Below, one piece after another: positions 53,213 through 63,390 of a stretch of 64,000 nucleotides of DNA (the first letter of the stretch is position 1; each line of letters begins with the position of its first letter). The stretch is from Chloroflexota bacterium (GTDB taxonomy: Bacteria; Chloroflexota; Limnocylindria; Limnocylindrales; CSP1-4), in contig JBHORA010000039.1 of the NCBI GenBank assembly GCA_042408535.1, positions 3,419 through 67,418 on the forward strand, read 5' to 3'. The translations under genes and the position numbers were made by a program. Under the pieces are notes generated by a model, which was given only the letters and a program-made list of their open reading frames with translations, had not been told where the DNA came from and ran no database searches.

Positions 53213-53780
53213 TCGCGTTCTGGGTCGTCGGTGGGCGGTTCGCAAGTCCCTCGCCGACGGCCGGTTGCGATGCTTCGGTGATCGGGGCGACGACGGCGTT
53301 GGCGAGGAGCCGGAGCGAGGCGGGCGGCACCGGGAAGACGGCGGTCGGTGTTCCGGCGGCGGCCCAGACGACCGGATACCGACCGAGGTCGGGGTCCATG
53401 ATGACCCGGATCGGCTTCGGATGGCCGAAGGGCGGGATCCCGCCGATGACGAACCCGGTCAGCTCGTTCGCCTCCTTCGCCGTCGCACGCCGGATGTCGG
53501 GTGCGCCAGTCACGGCAGCGAGACGGGCGACGTCCACCCGGTTTCGCCCTGAGACGAGGCAGATGATCGGCTCGAGCCCACCGTCGTCGTTCGGGGCGAC
53601 GAAGACGAGGGACTTCACGATCTGGCCCAGGTCGGCTCCCACGGCGGCTGCGGCCTCGGCGGCGGTGTGGGTCGACTGCTCGAAGACTCGGATGTCGAGG
53701 CTGACCCCCTTGCGGGCTGCGGCCTCGACGACGCGCTGGATCGCCGGGTGGGTCGTGCTGTCGGGTGAGCTCTCGGGCAC
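53205..53780 (-). CDS. YbaK/EbsC-type aminoacyl-tRNA deacylase
   Basis: ...TAAEAAAAVGADLGQIVKSLVFV...ICLVSGRNRVD...LTGFVIGGIPPFGH. Confidence 0.8.
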   Translation of the reverse strand: MPESSPDSTTHPAIQRVVEAAARKGVSLDIRVFEQSTHTAAEAAAAVGADLGQIVKSLVFVAPNDDGGLEPIICLVSGRNRVDVARLAAVTGAPDIRRATAKEANELTGFVIGGIPPFGHPKPIRVIMDPDLGRYPVVWAAAGTPTAVFPVPPASLRLLANAVVAPITEASQPAVGEGLANRPPTTQNASA

Positions 53781-53887
53781 GGCCCGGAGTCTACCACGGG
53801 CCCTGGTCGATTCCCAGGAGTTCGTCGCGCAGCCGGACCAGGCGCCATGCCGCACTGCTCGCCCGACCCGAGTACGATCGGGGCACG

Positions 53888-54595
53888 ATGGTCGCGATCC
53901 TCTTCGACTGGGACGGCACCCTCGCCGACAGCCTCGCCACCTTCTTCCAGGCGAACCGCCGCCTCCTCGCCGTCTACGGCCGGCCCTTCGATGCCGAGCG
54001 CTACCGGCGAGCCTATTCGCCCGATTGGCGCCGGCTCTACCGCCGCCTTGGTATTCCGCCTCACCGGCTCGCCGAGGCGAACGCCGTCTGGCAGCGCCAC
54101 TTCGATCCCGCCGGCGCCCGTCTCTTCCCGGGCGTCCGCGCGGCCCTCGAGGCCCTCGACGCGGCCGGCGCCCGGCTCGGGGTCGTGACGGCGACGCGAC
54201 GAGCGGTCGTCGAGCCGCAGCTCGAGCGGTTCGGCCTCCTCGGCCTCCTCGACGTCCTCGTCACCGTCGACGATACGCCGGCCACGAAGCCGGACCCCGC
54301 CCCGCTCCGCCTCGCCATCGAGCGCCTCGGGTTGTCGGAGGCGGGGGCCGATGGGTCGATTTGGTACGTCGGCGATGCTCCCGACGACATGCGGATGGCG
54401 CGCCGGCTCGGCATCCCGGCGATCGGCATTCCCTCCCTTCTCAGTCGCCCGGCGACCCTCCGATCGGCCGGCGCCGTCGAGATCTGGCCATCGGTGCCTT
54501 CCTGGGCAGCGAGCTTCCTCGGCCGGCTCCGGGCCGAGGGGGTGGGTCTGAGCGGCAGCGCCCCGACCGAGGCCACCCCCGAGGGCCGCCCGTAG
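53888..54595 (+). CDS. HAD-superfamily hydrolase (phosphoglycolate phosphatase-like)
   Basis: ILFDWDGTLADS...VVTATRR...KPDPAPL...YVGDAPDDMRMA. Confidence 0.85.
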   Translation: MVAILFDWDGTLADSLATFFQANRRLLAVYGRPFDAERYRRAYSPDWRRLYRRLGIPPHRLAEANAVWQRHFDPAGARLFPGVRAALEALDAAGARLGVVTATRRAVVEPQLERFGLLGLLDVLVTVDDTPATKPDPAPLRLAIERLGLSEAGADGSIWYVGDAPDDMRMARRLGIPAIGIPSLLSRPATLRSAGAVEIWPSVPSWAASFLGRLRAEGVGLSGSAPTEATPEGRP

Positions 54596-54621
54596 CCCGG
54601 CCGCGTCCGTCCTCCGGAGCC

Positions 54622-55308
54622 GTGCACGCCCTCGTCGTCGCCGATGGACGGGTTTCCGCGCTGGAGCGCCTCGACGAGGCCTGGCCGGGCTGGGCGAGCG
54701 ATGTCGATCTCGTCGTCGCCGCCGACGGCGGGGCTCGGGTGGCCGAGCGGCTCGGGTTGCGGATCGACCTCGTCGTCGGCGATCTCGACTCCCTCGATCG
54801 GGCCGACGAGGAGCGGCTCCGCGCCATGGGCGTCGCCTTCGAGTCGGCGCCGAGGGACAAGGACGAAACCGACACCGAGCTCGCCCTCCTCGCTGCCCTC
54901 CGGCGGGGTGCCGATCGCCTGACGATCCTCGGTGCCCTCGGCGGGCGGCGGCTCGACCACGAGCTCGCCAACCTGTGGCTTCTCGGCCACCCGGCCCTCG
55001 GAGAGGTCCCGGCGGTCATCCTCGACGAGACGGCCCGGGTCCGTCTCCTCCAGGCTCCGGATGGCGCTGGGCAACCCGTCCGTCTCGACGTGAGCGGCCC
55101 CGTCGGCGGCCTCGTCTCCCTCCTCCCCCTCGGCGACGCGGCGCACGGGATCACGACCGAGGGGCTCCGCTATCGGCTCCACGACGAGCCCCTCCGCTTC
55201 GGGCCGGCGCGCGGGATCTCGAACGTCCGGATCGCCAAACGAGCGAGCGTTCTCCTCCGGGCCGGCCGCCTGCTCGTCGTCGAAGGCCCTGCTACTCTCT
55301 CGCCATGA
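54622..55308 (+). CDS. thiamine pyrophosphokinase
   Basis: VVAADGGA...DLVVGDLDS...KDETDTELAL...ILGALGGRRLDHELAN... Confidence 0.8.
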   Translation: MHALVVADGRVSALERLDEAWPGWASDVDLVVAADGGARVAERLGLRIDLVVGDLDSLDRADEERLRAMGVAFESAPRDKDETDTELALLAALRRGADRLTILGALGGRRLDHELANLWLLGHPALGEVPAVILDETARVRLLQAPDGAGQPVRLDVSGPVGGLVSLLPLGDAAHGITTEGLRYRLHDEPLRFGPARGISNVRIAKRASVLLRAGRLLVVEGPATLSP

Positions 55309-55814
55309 GCAGCCTGCCGACCGAGGCCGCCGGCGTCCCCACGGTTGGTGCTCCGGCGCCCGACTTCGCCCTCCCCGACGCCAGCGGCACCGAACACCGC
55401 CTCCGTGACCTCCGCGGGCGCTGGGTCGTCCTCTACTTCTACCCGGCCGACGACACACCGGGCTGCACGACCGAGGCCTGCCAGTTCCGGGACCTCCACG
55501 CTGACATCGAGGCGGCCGGCGCCGTCGTCCTCGGCGTCAGCCCCGACGATCCGGCGAGCCATGCCCGCTTCCAGCACAAGTACCAGCTCCCCTTCTCCCT
55601 CCTCGCCGATGTCGATCATCGGGTCGCCGAGGCCTACGGGGTCTGGCAGCTGAAGACGGCCTACGGTCGCTCCCAGATGGGGGTGGTTCGATCGACCTTC
55701 CTCATCGATCCCGAGGGCCGGATCGCTCGGGTCTGGCCGAAGGTGAAGGCCGACGGCCACGCGGCCGAGGTCCTGGCTGCCCTCGCCGAGGAGCGAGCCG
55801 GACGCCAGGCGTGA
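55305..55814 (+). CDS. bcp: thioredoxin-dependent peroxiredoxin (Bcp type)
   Basis: APDFALPDASG...WVVLYFYPADDTPGCTTEAC; ATGA overlap with the previous stop. Confidence 0.9.
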   Translation: MSSLPTEAAGVPTVGAPAPDFALPDASGTEHRLRDLRGRWVVLYFYPADDTPGCTTEACQFRDLHADIEAAGAVVLGVSPDDPASHARFQHKYQLPFSLLADVDHRVAEAYGVWQLKTAYGRSQMGVVRSTFLIDPEGRIARVWPKVKADGHAAEVLAALAEERAGRQA

Positions 55815-55845
55815 ACCTGCCACTCTGGTGCCCGCCCCGACGAAG

Positions 55846-55883
55846 CGAGGCTTCGCTCGTGGGGGGAGACGAGCGAAGCCTCG
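55846..55883 (+). terminator. strong hairpin after bcp (14-bp perfect stem, 10-nt loop) followed by a T-rich, low-GC stretch
   Basis: CGAGGCTTCGCTCG-tggggggaga-CGAGCGAAGCCTCG, then ..cttatagcgtctttcgttgcccttt. Confidence 0.45.
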
Positions 55884-56074
55884 ATGCAACCTTATAGCGT
55901 CTTTCGTTGCCCTTTGCAACCCATTCGAGACGGGACGCGGCGTGGGCCGCGCGGGATGGCTCGGAGGGTCTCGTCGGGCCGACCGGCCCTGGGCCATTCG
56001 GTCGTCGCGGGTCGGTCGGCCGCGCCCTGGCGACCGAGGCCGCGCCCGTCAACCTCGCGGCCAGGTCCCGACGG

Positions 56075-56893
56075 ATGAGCCTCAGACGGCGTCGGGCCCA
56101 CAGCTGGCGACCCGCTCGGTTCATGGTCGTCGTCGCCCATCCCGACGACGCCGATTTCGGGCCGGCGGCGACGGCCGCCCGCTGGATCGACGAGGGCTCG
56201 ACGGGCTGGCTCGTCTGCTGCACGAGCGGTGATGCCGGCGGCGAGGACCCCGACCTCGATCCCCTCGAACTGGCGGCCATCCGGGAGGAGGAGCAGCGGC
56301 AGGCGGCGGCGATCGTCGGCTACGCGGGCGTCAGCTTCCTCCATCAGCCCGACGGCGCCCTCGCCAACGACCTGCCCCTCCGCGAGCTGCTCGTTCGCGA
56401 GATCCGTACCTTCCGACCCGACGCCGTCCTTGCCAGCGACCCCGAGGTCGTCTTCTACCGCTCTGGTGGGGTGAACCATGCCGACCACCGGGCCGCGGGC
56501 CTGGCAGCGACCGACGCTGTCTACCCGGCGGCCCGGAACCCGATGGTTTTCCCGCACCTCGCCCGGGCTGGTCTCGCCCCCCACGTCGTCCGCCGGCTCT
56601 ATCTCTTCTGGCCGAATTCGCCGAACGCCTGGATCGACGTGACGGCGACCCTCGAGCGAAAGATCGCCGCCCTCCGGGCCCATGGCAGCCAGATCCACCA
56701 CCCGGAGCGCCTCGAGGAGCGGATCCGCCGCTGGGCAGCCGAGGAGGGGCGGGCCATCGGCGCCGCAGCGGCGGAGGCCTTCCGGGTCGTCGTCATCGAG
56801 GAGGACGAAGAGGAGGGGCCGACGGGCGCGCTGCCCGAGGTCGATCCCGTCGAGGAGGGCAGGAGCGGGACCAAAGGAGCCGCCGGCGGCTGA
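56075..56893 (+). CDS. PIG-L/LmbE-family deacetylase
   Basis: VVVAHPDDADFG...SGDAGG...VNHADHRAAG... Confidence 0.85.
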   Translation: MSLRRRRAHSWRPARFMVVVAHPDDADFGPAATAARWIDEGSTGWLVCCTSGDAGGEDPDLDPLELAAIREEEQRQAAAIVGYAGVSFLHQPDGALANDLPLRELLVREIRTFRPDAVLASDPEVVFYRSGGVNHADHRAAGLAATDAVYPAARNPMVFPHLARAGLAPHVVRRLYLFWPNSPNAWIDVTATLERKIAALRAHGSQIHHPERLEERIRRWAAEEGRAIGAAAAEAFRVVVIEEDEEEGPTGALPEVDPVEEGRSGTKGAAGG

Positions 56894-56953
56894 CCGCGCG
56901 CCGAACCCTGCCCCAGGGCTCCTTCGGGGCCGGCCCGGATCGAAGCCGACCGG

Positions 56954-58876
56954 CTACACGAGCTCGATGAGGAGCGGGCGGAGCCGGCCCCAGGCGTTCC
57001 AGGCCTCGGCCAGCTCGTCGGCTCTGTCGCCGAGGAGCTCGACGAGCTCGCTCAGGGTGAGGCCGCCCGCTTCGCGGGCAAGGAACTCGTCGGCGGTGAT
57101 GGTCACTCGGGAGAAGAGGGCTCCGAGTTCGGCTTCCGTCGGCCAGGCTCGAATCCGCATCGGATCGAGTCCGGCATAGCCGACCGCGAGGGAGAGATCC
57201 CGCTGGCTCGGAACGCGACCGTCGACGAAGCCGCCGAGACCGTCGAAGCGGTAGCCGAGGGAGGCGAGGGCGGCGGCGATGTCGCGGCACTCGGCGGGCG
57301 TGAAGCGCCCCCAGAAGGGATCGTCCTCGGGGAAGGTGAGGGCGTTCGCCTCGATGGCCCGGGCGATGATGGCATCGACGAGGTCGGCGAGGAGGAGGCG
57401 CCAACGGCGGGCCGCCTCGGCGTCGGGGCCGGCGAGGCGTGCGACGAGGCGCTCGAGCACGGTGTGGTCCCCCCGGAGGAGGCGGACGATCGCCGCCTCT
57501 CGGTCCCCCTCCACGCCGACTGCCGCCGCGTCGTCCTCGAAGGCGGGGACCGGTGCCGGTGGCAGTCCCGGAGCCTCGGGGGCGAGCGGCGGTCCACTCG
57601 GAAGGGCTGGCTGTTCGGTCTCCTCGTTCGCCGCACCGTGGCTGGCCCGTTCGAGGGCGGCGGCCGTCTCTTCGCACTCGGCGAGCGTTTGCCGGGCGGC
57701 GAGGCAGGCTTCCTCCGCCGCCTCGGCCTGGATCCGGGCCGCGTCGGCCTCGGTCGTCAGGCGCTCGATCTCGGGGCCGAGGGCGGCGACGGCGGCCGCG
57801 AGACGGGCCGCCTCGCGACTCGCGGCCGCGGCCTCGCGGTTGATCCGGTTGATCTCGTCGAGCCAGGCACGGGCCGCAGCTTCGGCTTCGGCTCGGCTTC
57901 GAGCCGAGGCCCTCGCCACCCGGAAGGCGTCCCGGGCGGCCTCCTTCGCCCCCCGGACGGCGACAGGATTCGCTCGGGCAGCCGCCGCCTCTGCCTTCGC
58001 CGCCGCATCGTCGTAGGCTCGGCGGGCAGTTCGGACCCGCTCGGCCGCGGCAGTGGCCGCCGCCCTGGCCCTGGCGGCAACCTCGCACCGCTCCTGGGCG
58101 AGGAGGCGGGGGCCGGCGCACGGATCGAGCCCGGTGGTCTCGTCGAGGGGTGGCGAGACGCTCCCGGAGGCGTCGTCAGCGGCGGCCTGGTCGGGACCTC
58201 CCGCCGGCAACGGGCCGCCGTGAGGGATCGCGGCAGGCCCCGAGACCTCGGGGCCTCCGTGCCGGACCTGGTCGGGCGCGACGGCTCCGGCCGTGCGGCG
58301 GGGCGAACCCTCGGTCCGGGCCGTGACCTTCGCGAGCTCGGGTTCCGAGGGCCCTCTCGGTCGGTCGCCGCCAGCCTCGCTGCTCGGGGGCCGAGCCGAC
58401 GCGTCGCTTCGTGGGCCGACGAGATCGGCGAGGAGCGGATCAGGGCCGCCGTCGACGGGGATCGGCACCCAGGCTGTCTCGGAGGGACTGATGCGAACGG
58501 TCGTTCTGTCCGAGGGCCCAGAACCGGGCCTCGACCGGGTCGCGCCAGCCGCCGCCGCTCCGGCGCGACCGTTGCCGCCAGAGGTGGACCGGACGCCGCG
58601 GCCCGCCCCGGGGCGGGCGGCAGAGGGGAACCGAGACTCCGCCTCGGCACCGAGCTCGGCGGGATCGGCCGGACCGCCCCGAGCGGGCAGGACGTCGGCG
58701 GGGTCGAGGTACGTGGCGAGCGTGGCCGGGCGACCCGAGACGGGCGCCGGGGCGACGGTGACGCGGATCTCTCGAGGCGGGCGGCCGCGGGCGCGGGAGA
58801 CGGCCGCAGCCGCGGCGCCGCCCGTGGCGCCGAGGAGGAGGCCGAAGGCTAGGAACGCGATCTCGCTCTCGGTCAC
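56954..58876 (-). CDS. TM-anchored protein: disordered region, Ala-rich coiled coil, conserved C-terminal domain; function unknown
   Basis: GTG (rc 58874-58876) with GAGGA upstream. IAFLAFGLLLGATGG TM; AARARAAATAAAERVRTARRAYDDAAAKAEAAAA...; C-terminus FPEDDPFWGRFTPAECRDIAAALASLGYRFDGLGGF.. Confidence 0.65.
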   Translation of the reverse strand: MTESEIAFLAFGLLLGATGGAAAAAVSRARGRPPREIRVTVAPAPVSGRPATLATYLDPADVLPARGGPADPAELGAEAESRFPSAARPGAGRGVRSTSGGNGRAGAAAAGATRSRPGSGPSDRTTVRISPSETAWVPIPVDGGPDPLLADLVGPRSDASARPPSSEAGGDRPRGPSEPELAKVTARTEGSPRRTAGAVAPDQVRHGGPEVSGPAAIPHGGPLPAGGPDQAAADDASGSVSPPLDETTGLDPCAGPRLLAQERCEVAARARAAATAAAERVRTARRAYDDAAAKAEAAAARANPVAVRGAKEAARDAFRVARASARSRAEAEAAARAWLDEINRINREAAAASREAARLAAAVAALGPEIERLTTEADAARIQAEAAEEACLAARQTLAECEETAAALERASHGAANEETEQPALPSGPPLAPEAPGLPPAPVPAFEDDAAAVGVEGDREAAIVRLLRGDHTVLERLVARLAGPDAEAARRWRLLLADLVDAIIARAIEANALTFPEDDPFWGRFTPAECRDIAAALASLGYRFDGLGGFVDGRVPSQRDLSLAVGYAGLDPMRIRAWPTEAELGALFSRVTITADEFLAREAGGLTLSELVELLGDRADELAEAWNAWGRLRPLLIELV

Positions 58877-59007
58877 ACCGTCCTCTGCTCGCTGCGGCGA
58901 CGGGGATCGCCGCTGCGGAGCGTAGCTGCACGCCAGCCGGGCGTCAAATCGAGTCGGGACGCTGGCCGGCTTCCTATGAGCCGCAGCCCCTCGCTTGCCG
59001 ACAGCCC

Positions 59008-59263
59008 TCGTCGCCGTCCTCGACCGGTGGCCATCGCCGTCCTCGACCGGTGGCCATCGCCGTCCTCGACCGGTGGCCATCGCCGGCCCGGGGAGGCCAT
59101 CGCCGACTCGGGGAGGCCATCGCCGGCCCGGGGAGGCCATCGCCGACTCGGGGAGGCCATCGCCGGCCCGGGGAGGCCATCGCCGGCCCGGGGAGGCCAT
59201 CGCCGTCGTCGACCGCCGGCCATCGCCGGCTCGGGGAGGCCATCGCCGGGCCTGGCGTCGGCA
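59008..59263. repeat. tandem array of about 12 units of 23 bp (ccatcgccgtcctcgaccggtgg) and 20 bp (ccatcgccgRcYcggggagg)
   Basis: 'ccat' recurs at 59031, 54, 77, 97, 117, 137, 157, 177, 197, 220 and 240. The array lies in the divergent intergenic region. Confidence 0.9.
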
Positions 59264-59395
59264 ACCAACCGCTCGCAGGCCCGTTTTGCGCCGATCGGCG
59301 GGCCGATGGTAGATTCCCTTCCGCGTTCCCGCGCGGCCCCCCGCCGCTCTCTCCACGCCCCCGAGCCCGGTACAGAGGAAGGGACTGACCGAGTC

Positions 59396-61228
59396 GTGGC
59401 CATCGAGCCGCAGGAGTTTCTCGTCCAACCCGTGGACGCCTCCTGGCTCCAGTGCAACATCGAGTGCCAGGAAGGCTGCCCGGTGGGGACGAACTGCCGG
59501 GGCTACCTGAACCTCGCCGCCGAAGGGCGGTTCGAGGAGGGCTACATCCTGTCCCGCGAGCCGAACCCCGTCGCGGCGATGTGCGCCTACGTCTGCTCGG
59601 CACCCTGCGAGCGGGCCTGCCGGCGGGGCGACATCGACCGGCCCCTCGCCATCCGGGCCATGAAGCGCTTCCTCGTCGAGTGGCACGCCGCCTCGGGGAT
59701 CCCCGACGTCATGCCCGACATCACGCCCCGCCCCGAACGGGTCGCCGTCATCGGCGCCGGCCCGGCCGGTCTCTCGGTCGCCCGCGAGCTCGCCGTCAAG
59801 GGCTACCAGGTGACCGTCTACGACGCCCTCCCGTACGGCGGCGGGACGATGCTCATCGGCGTGCCCGCCTTCCGCTTGCCGCGCGAGGCGATCGAGATGG
59901 ACGTCCGCCTCGTCGAGCGGCTCGGAGTCCGCTTCGTCTACAACACGACCGTCGGCGTCGACGTCGCCTTCGAGGACCTCCAGGCCGAGTACGATGCCAT
60001 CGCCATCTGCGCCGGGGCGATGAACCCCGTCGTCCTCGACGTGCCGGGGGCCGACCTCGAGGGGGTCGAGTACGGCGTCGACTTCATGCGGAAGGCGAAC
60101 CTCGGCGAGCCCCTCAGCGTCGGTCGCGACGTCGTCGTCATCGGTGGCGGCTACACGGCGATGGACTGCTCGCGGACGAGCCTCCGCTACGGTGCCGAGC
60201 GGGTCTCCATCGTCTACCGCCGGACCCGCTCGGAGCTCGTCGTCGACGAGGAAGAGCTCGGCGAGACCGAGCGCGAGGGGGTCCGCATGGAGTTCCTCGC
60301 CAGCCCCCTCGAGATCATCGGCGAGAACGGGCGGGTCAAGGCGGTCCGCTTTATCCGGAACAGGCTCGGCGAACCCGATGCCTCGGGCCGCCGCTCCCCG
60401 ATCCCGATCCCGGGCTCCGAGTTCGTCATCCCGGCCGACACCGTCATTCCAGCCGTTGGTCAGGCAGCCGACCTCTCCTTCTTGCCGGCCGAGACGAACT
60501 TCGAGATCGGCCGCGGCCGGATCCGGGTCGACCCGGCCACGTACGCCACGAACGTCCGTGGCGTCTTCGCCTGCGGCGACTTCGTGACCGGCCCGACGAC
60601 GCTCATCGAGGCTGCCGGCCACGGCAAGAAGTGCGCCTACGCCATCGACCGCTACCTCTCCGGCCGAACGGAGGTGACGGTCACTCCGGAGGTGAAGATC
60701 ACGAGCTCGTGGCGCCACGAGATGCCCGAGTTCTACGACGTCCTGCCTCGCCAGCACGTCCCGATGGCCCCCCTCGCCGAGCGGTTCCCGTCGGCCGAGC
60801 CGGCGGTGAACTTCACGACCCCGGTCGAGCTCGGCTACACGACGACGCAGGCCGTCGCCGAGGCGACTCGCTGCCTCATGTGCAACTACAACATCTGGTT
60901 CGACCCCTTCCGGTGCGTCCTCTGCGGGGCCTGTGCCGACGTCTGCCCCGAGGGCGTCATCCACATGGTCGACATCAACCAGCTCAAGAGCGAGGGCTAC
61001 CTGCCCGAGCTCGAGGAGGCCTACGGCTGGGAGAACGGGGCAGCCATGGTTCTCGACGAGGAGCGCTGCATCCGCTGCGCCCTCTGCGTGAAGCGCTGCC
61101 CCTTCGACGCCATTACCATGGAGCGGTTCGAGCTCCAAGAAGTTTCAAGCGACGGCCGACTCTACAAGGAGTCGTACCGTGACGGTCAGCTTGCCGGTCT
61201 CGCCGGCGTGGCAGGAGGAGCGCGGTGA
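59396..61228 (+). CDS. GltD-like NAD(P)H-dependent Fe-S flavoprotein fused to a C-terminal 2x[4Fe-4S] ferredoxin domain (start could be ATG 59306)
   Basis: [28 protein letters not shown]; [14 protein letters not shown]; [12 protein letters not shown]; GVFACGD; [12 protein letters not shown] and [12 protein letters not shown]. Confidence 0.85.
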   Translation: MAIEPQEFLVQPVDASWLQCNIECQEGCPVGTNCRGYLNLAAEGRFEEGYILSREPNPVAAMCAYVCSAPCERACRRGDIDRPLAIRAMKRFLVEWHAASGIPDVMPDITPRPERVAVIGAGPAGLSVARELAVKGYQVTVYDALPYGGGTMLIGVPAFRLPREAIEMDVRLVERLGVRFVYNTTVGVDVAFEDLQAEYDAIAICAGAMNPVVLDVPGADLEGVEYGVDFMRKANLGEPLSVGRDVVVIGGGYTAMDCSRTSLRYGAERVSIVYRRTRSELVVDEEELGETEREGVRMEFLASPLEIIGENGRVKAVRFIRNRLGEPDASGRRSPIPIPGSEFVIPADTVIPAVGQAADLSFLPAETNFEIGRGRIRVDPATYATNVRGVFACGDFVTGPTTLIEAAGHGKKCAYAIDRYLSGRTEVTVTPEVKITSSWRHEMPEFYDVLPRQHVPMAPLAERFPSAEPAVNFTTPVELGYTTTQAVAEATRCLMCNYNIWFDPFRCVLCGACADVCPEGVIHMVDINQLKSEGYLPELEEAYGWENGAAMVLDEERCIRCALCVKRCPFDAITMERFELQEVSSDGRLYKESYRDGQLAGLAGVAGGAR

Positions 61229-61953
61229 GTTTCCTCGAGCGGGTGGATCAGACCATTCGCCGGAGCGCCGTCTGGCGCTCGTTGTTCCGCCAGCCGTACC
61301 CGAACGACGAGCGGTCGCGGGCCTACGCGGTGATGAACAACGTCTTCCTCCACATCCACCCGGTCCGCGTCCGCCAGCACGCCGTGAAGTTCGCCTACAC
61401 CTTCTGCCTCGGTGGGCTGAGCTTCTTCCTCTTCCTCGTCCTGACCGTGACGGGCGTCTACCTCATGTTCTATTACGTCCCCTCGGCGACGCAGGCGTAC
61501 TCGAACATCCTCGCCATCCAGAGCGAAGTGACCTTCGGGCTCCTGACCCGGAACATCCACCGCTGGGGCGCCCACCTCATGGTCTTCTTCGTCTTCCTTC
61601 ACATGATGCGGGTCTTCTACCATGGCGCCTACAAGCCGCCCCGCGAGTTCAACTGGGTCGTCGGGGTCGTCCTCCTCTTCCTGACGATCATGCTCAGCTT
61701 CACCGGCTACCTCCTGCCGTGGGACCAGATCGCCTACTGGGCGATCACGATCGGGACGAACATGGGCGGCTACGCACCGCTCTTCAACACGCCGGCCAAG
61801 CTCATCCTCCTCGGCGGCATCGAGGTCGGGCAGAACACGCTCCTCCGCTTCTACGTCCTCCACATCATGGTCTTCCCGCTCCTGGCGGCGATCTTCCTGG
61901 CCGTCCACTTCTGGCGGATCCGGAAGGATGGCGGGATCTCCGGCCCGCTATGA
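61225..61953 (+). CDS. cytochrome b6-type subunit (N-terminal cytochrome b domain)
   Basis: GTGA overlap with the upstream stop, preceded by GGAGGAG. ..[56 protein letters not shown].. Confidence 0.9.
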   Translation: MSFLERVDQTIRRSAVWRSLFRQPYPNDERSRAYAVMNNVFLHIHPVRVRQHAVKFAYTFCLGGLSFFLFLVLTVTGVYLMFYYVPSATQAYSNILAIQSEVTFGLLTRNIHRWGAHLMVFFVFLHMMRVFYHGAYKPPREFNWVVGVVLLFLTIMLSFTGYLLPWDQIAYWAITIGTNMGGYAPLFNTPAKLILLGGIEVGQNTLLRFYVLHIMVFPLLAAIFLAVHFWRIRKDGGISGPL

Positions 61954-62047
61954 GCCACCGAAGCGGAGCGCAGCCGCAGCCTCGCCGCCGAAGCCGATGA
62001 CGAAGAGCGATCGAGCACCGAACCGATGATCCAGGTGAGCGCCCACC

Positions 62048-62650
62048 ATGGCTGAAACGTCTACCCCGCCCGAGCGCCGGGTCGTCCTGCCCGTCGATCC
62101 GACCCGTCGGACCGAGATCGACAAGCAGCGGGTCCCCATGTCGGCCCGCCCCTACCGCCTCCTTGCCCTCGTCAAGCAGGATGCCGTCGTCCGGGTCCAG
62201 AAGGAGCCCGACGACACGGTCATGACATGGCCGCACCTCCTGGCGATCGAGTTCCTGGCGGCGGCGATGATGAGCATCTTCCTCCTCCTCATGGGCCTCT
62301 TCGTGAACGCCCCGCTCGAGGAGCTCGCCAACGGGAACGTCACCCCGGCCGTCGCCAAGGCACCCTGGTACTTCCTCGGTCTCCAGGAGCTCCTCGCCTA
62401 CTTCCACCCGACCGTCGCTGGCGTCCTCGTCCCGACCTTTGTCCTCGTCGGGGCGGCGGTCATCCCGTACGTCGATCGGGGCAACCCGACGGCGACCCGG
62501 CCGTCGGAGCGCAAGACGGCGGTCGTCCTCTTCAGCCTCTTCTGCATCCTCGGCCTCGTCTTGACCTTCGTCGGCATCTTCTTCCGGGGCCCTGGTTACG
62601 GGTTCGCCATCCCGTACGTGAACACCCCCGGCCTCCATTTCGCTCTCTGA
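62048..62650 (+). CDS. cytochrome b C-terminal domain / subunit IV-like protein
   Basis: TWPHLLAIEF...AKAPWYFLGLQELL (PEWYF-type motif), plus 3 TM helices. Confidence 0.85.
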   Translation: MAETSTPPERRVVLPVDPTRRTEIDKQRVPMSARPYRLLALVKQDAVVRVQKEPDDTVMTWPHLLAIEFLAAAMMSIFLLLMGLFVNAPLEELANGNVTPAVAKAPWYFLGLQELLAYFHPTVAGVLVPTFVLVGAAVIPYVDRGNPTATRPSERKTAVVLFSLFCILGLVLTFVGIFFRGPGYGFAIPYVNTPGLHFAL

Positions 62651-62681
62651 GCGCGATCCGATCCGAGCACCGACCGAACTG

Positions 62682-63359
62682 ATGAGCAACTACCACGTCG
62701 AGCCAGCCCACCGCCCGCAGGCGTTGAGCACCCAAGCCCTCAAGGCCCTCCGGCGAGAGCCCGTCGAGGGCATGTCCCGCCGCCAGCTCCTCCGGCTCTC
62801 CCTCGGGGCGGGCATGCTCCTCTGGCTGACCGAGGTGACGGCCGGCACGATCGGCTTCATCTGGCCGGCCCTCCGGAGCGGCTTCGGGGCGAAGATCCGG
62901 ATCGGGACCTTCGACGACGTCAAGCTCGCCAACGCGAACCTGCCCATCGCCGACGGCTTCCCAGCCTACTTCTCCGAGGCGCGCGCCTTCGTCGTCCTCG
63001 TCGATCCCTCGCGTCAGGAGTTTTTGCCCGGCGAGGACCGGACCGGCGATGGGACGGCGCTCAACGTGCGAGCCCTCTATCAGCGCTGCCCGCACCTCGG
63101 CTGCAAGCCGAACCCGTGCCTGAAGAACTTCTGGCTCGAGTGCCCCTGCCACGGCTCCCGGTACGACCGCCTCGGGATCAAGGCGGCGGGCGCCCAGTAC
63201 GGGCCGGCACCGCGGAGCATGGACCGCTTCGCCATCGAGGTCGACCAATCCGGGGTCCTCACCATCGACACGTCGAGGATCACCCTCGGCCCGCTGCCGA
63301 TCGCCGTCGGCCAGCCGGGCATCATCCCGCCGAAGTCGCCGACGGGCTGCATCGACTGA
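62682..63359 (+). CDS. Rieske 2Fe-2S protein
   Basis: Tat-like SRRQLLRLSLGAG, CPHLGC ... CPCHGS. Confidence 0.9.
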   Translation: MSNYHVEPAHRPQALSTQALKALRREPVEGMSRRQLLRLSLGAGMLLWLTEVTAGTIGFIWPALRSGFGAKIRIGTFDDVKLANANLPIADGFPAYFSEARAFVVLVDPSRQEFLPGEDRTGDGTALNVRALYQRCPHLGCKPNPCLKNFWLECPCHGSRYDRLGIKAAGAQYGPAPRSMDRFAIEVDQSGVLTIDTSRITLGPLPIAVGQPGIIPPKSPTGCID

Positions 63360-63390
63360 GCCAGCGACGAGATCCGACGCGAGGAGACCA

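Noticed and set aside
52260-53887. Calling this region the chromosomal origin (oriC).
   Set aside because: There are only four imperfect DnaA-like boxes, no adjacent dnaA/dnaN, no obvious AT-rich unwinding element, and strand bias is mixed elsewhere in the window. I kept it as a hypothesis only.
59008-59263. The minus strand of the array reads GGCGATGGCC repeatedly, resembling the 5' end of the fluoride aptamer.
   Set aside because: None of the other aptamer blocks (AACCGCC, the P3 hairpin, UGAUG..CCU) follow, so the resemblance is coincidental.
58877-61138. The upstream two-thirds of the 1394-aa ORF 56954-61138(-).
   Set aside because: This part is antisense to the well-supported GltD-like gene and crosses the non-coding tandem array. 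Only the part from GTG 58876 downward looks like a real protein.
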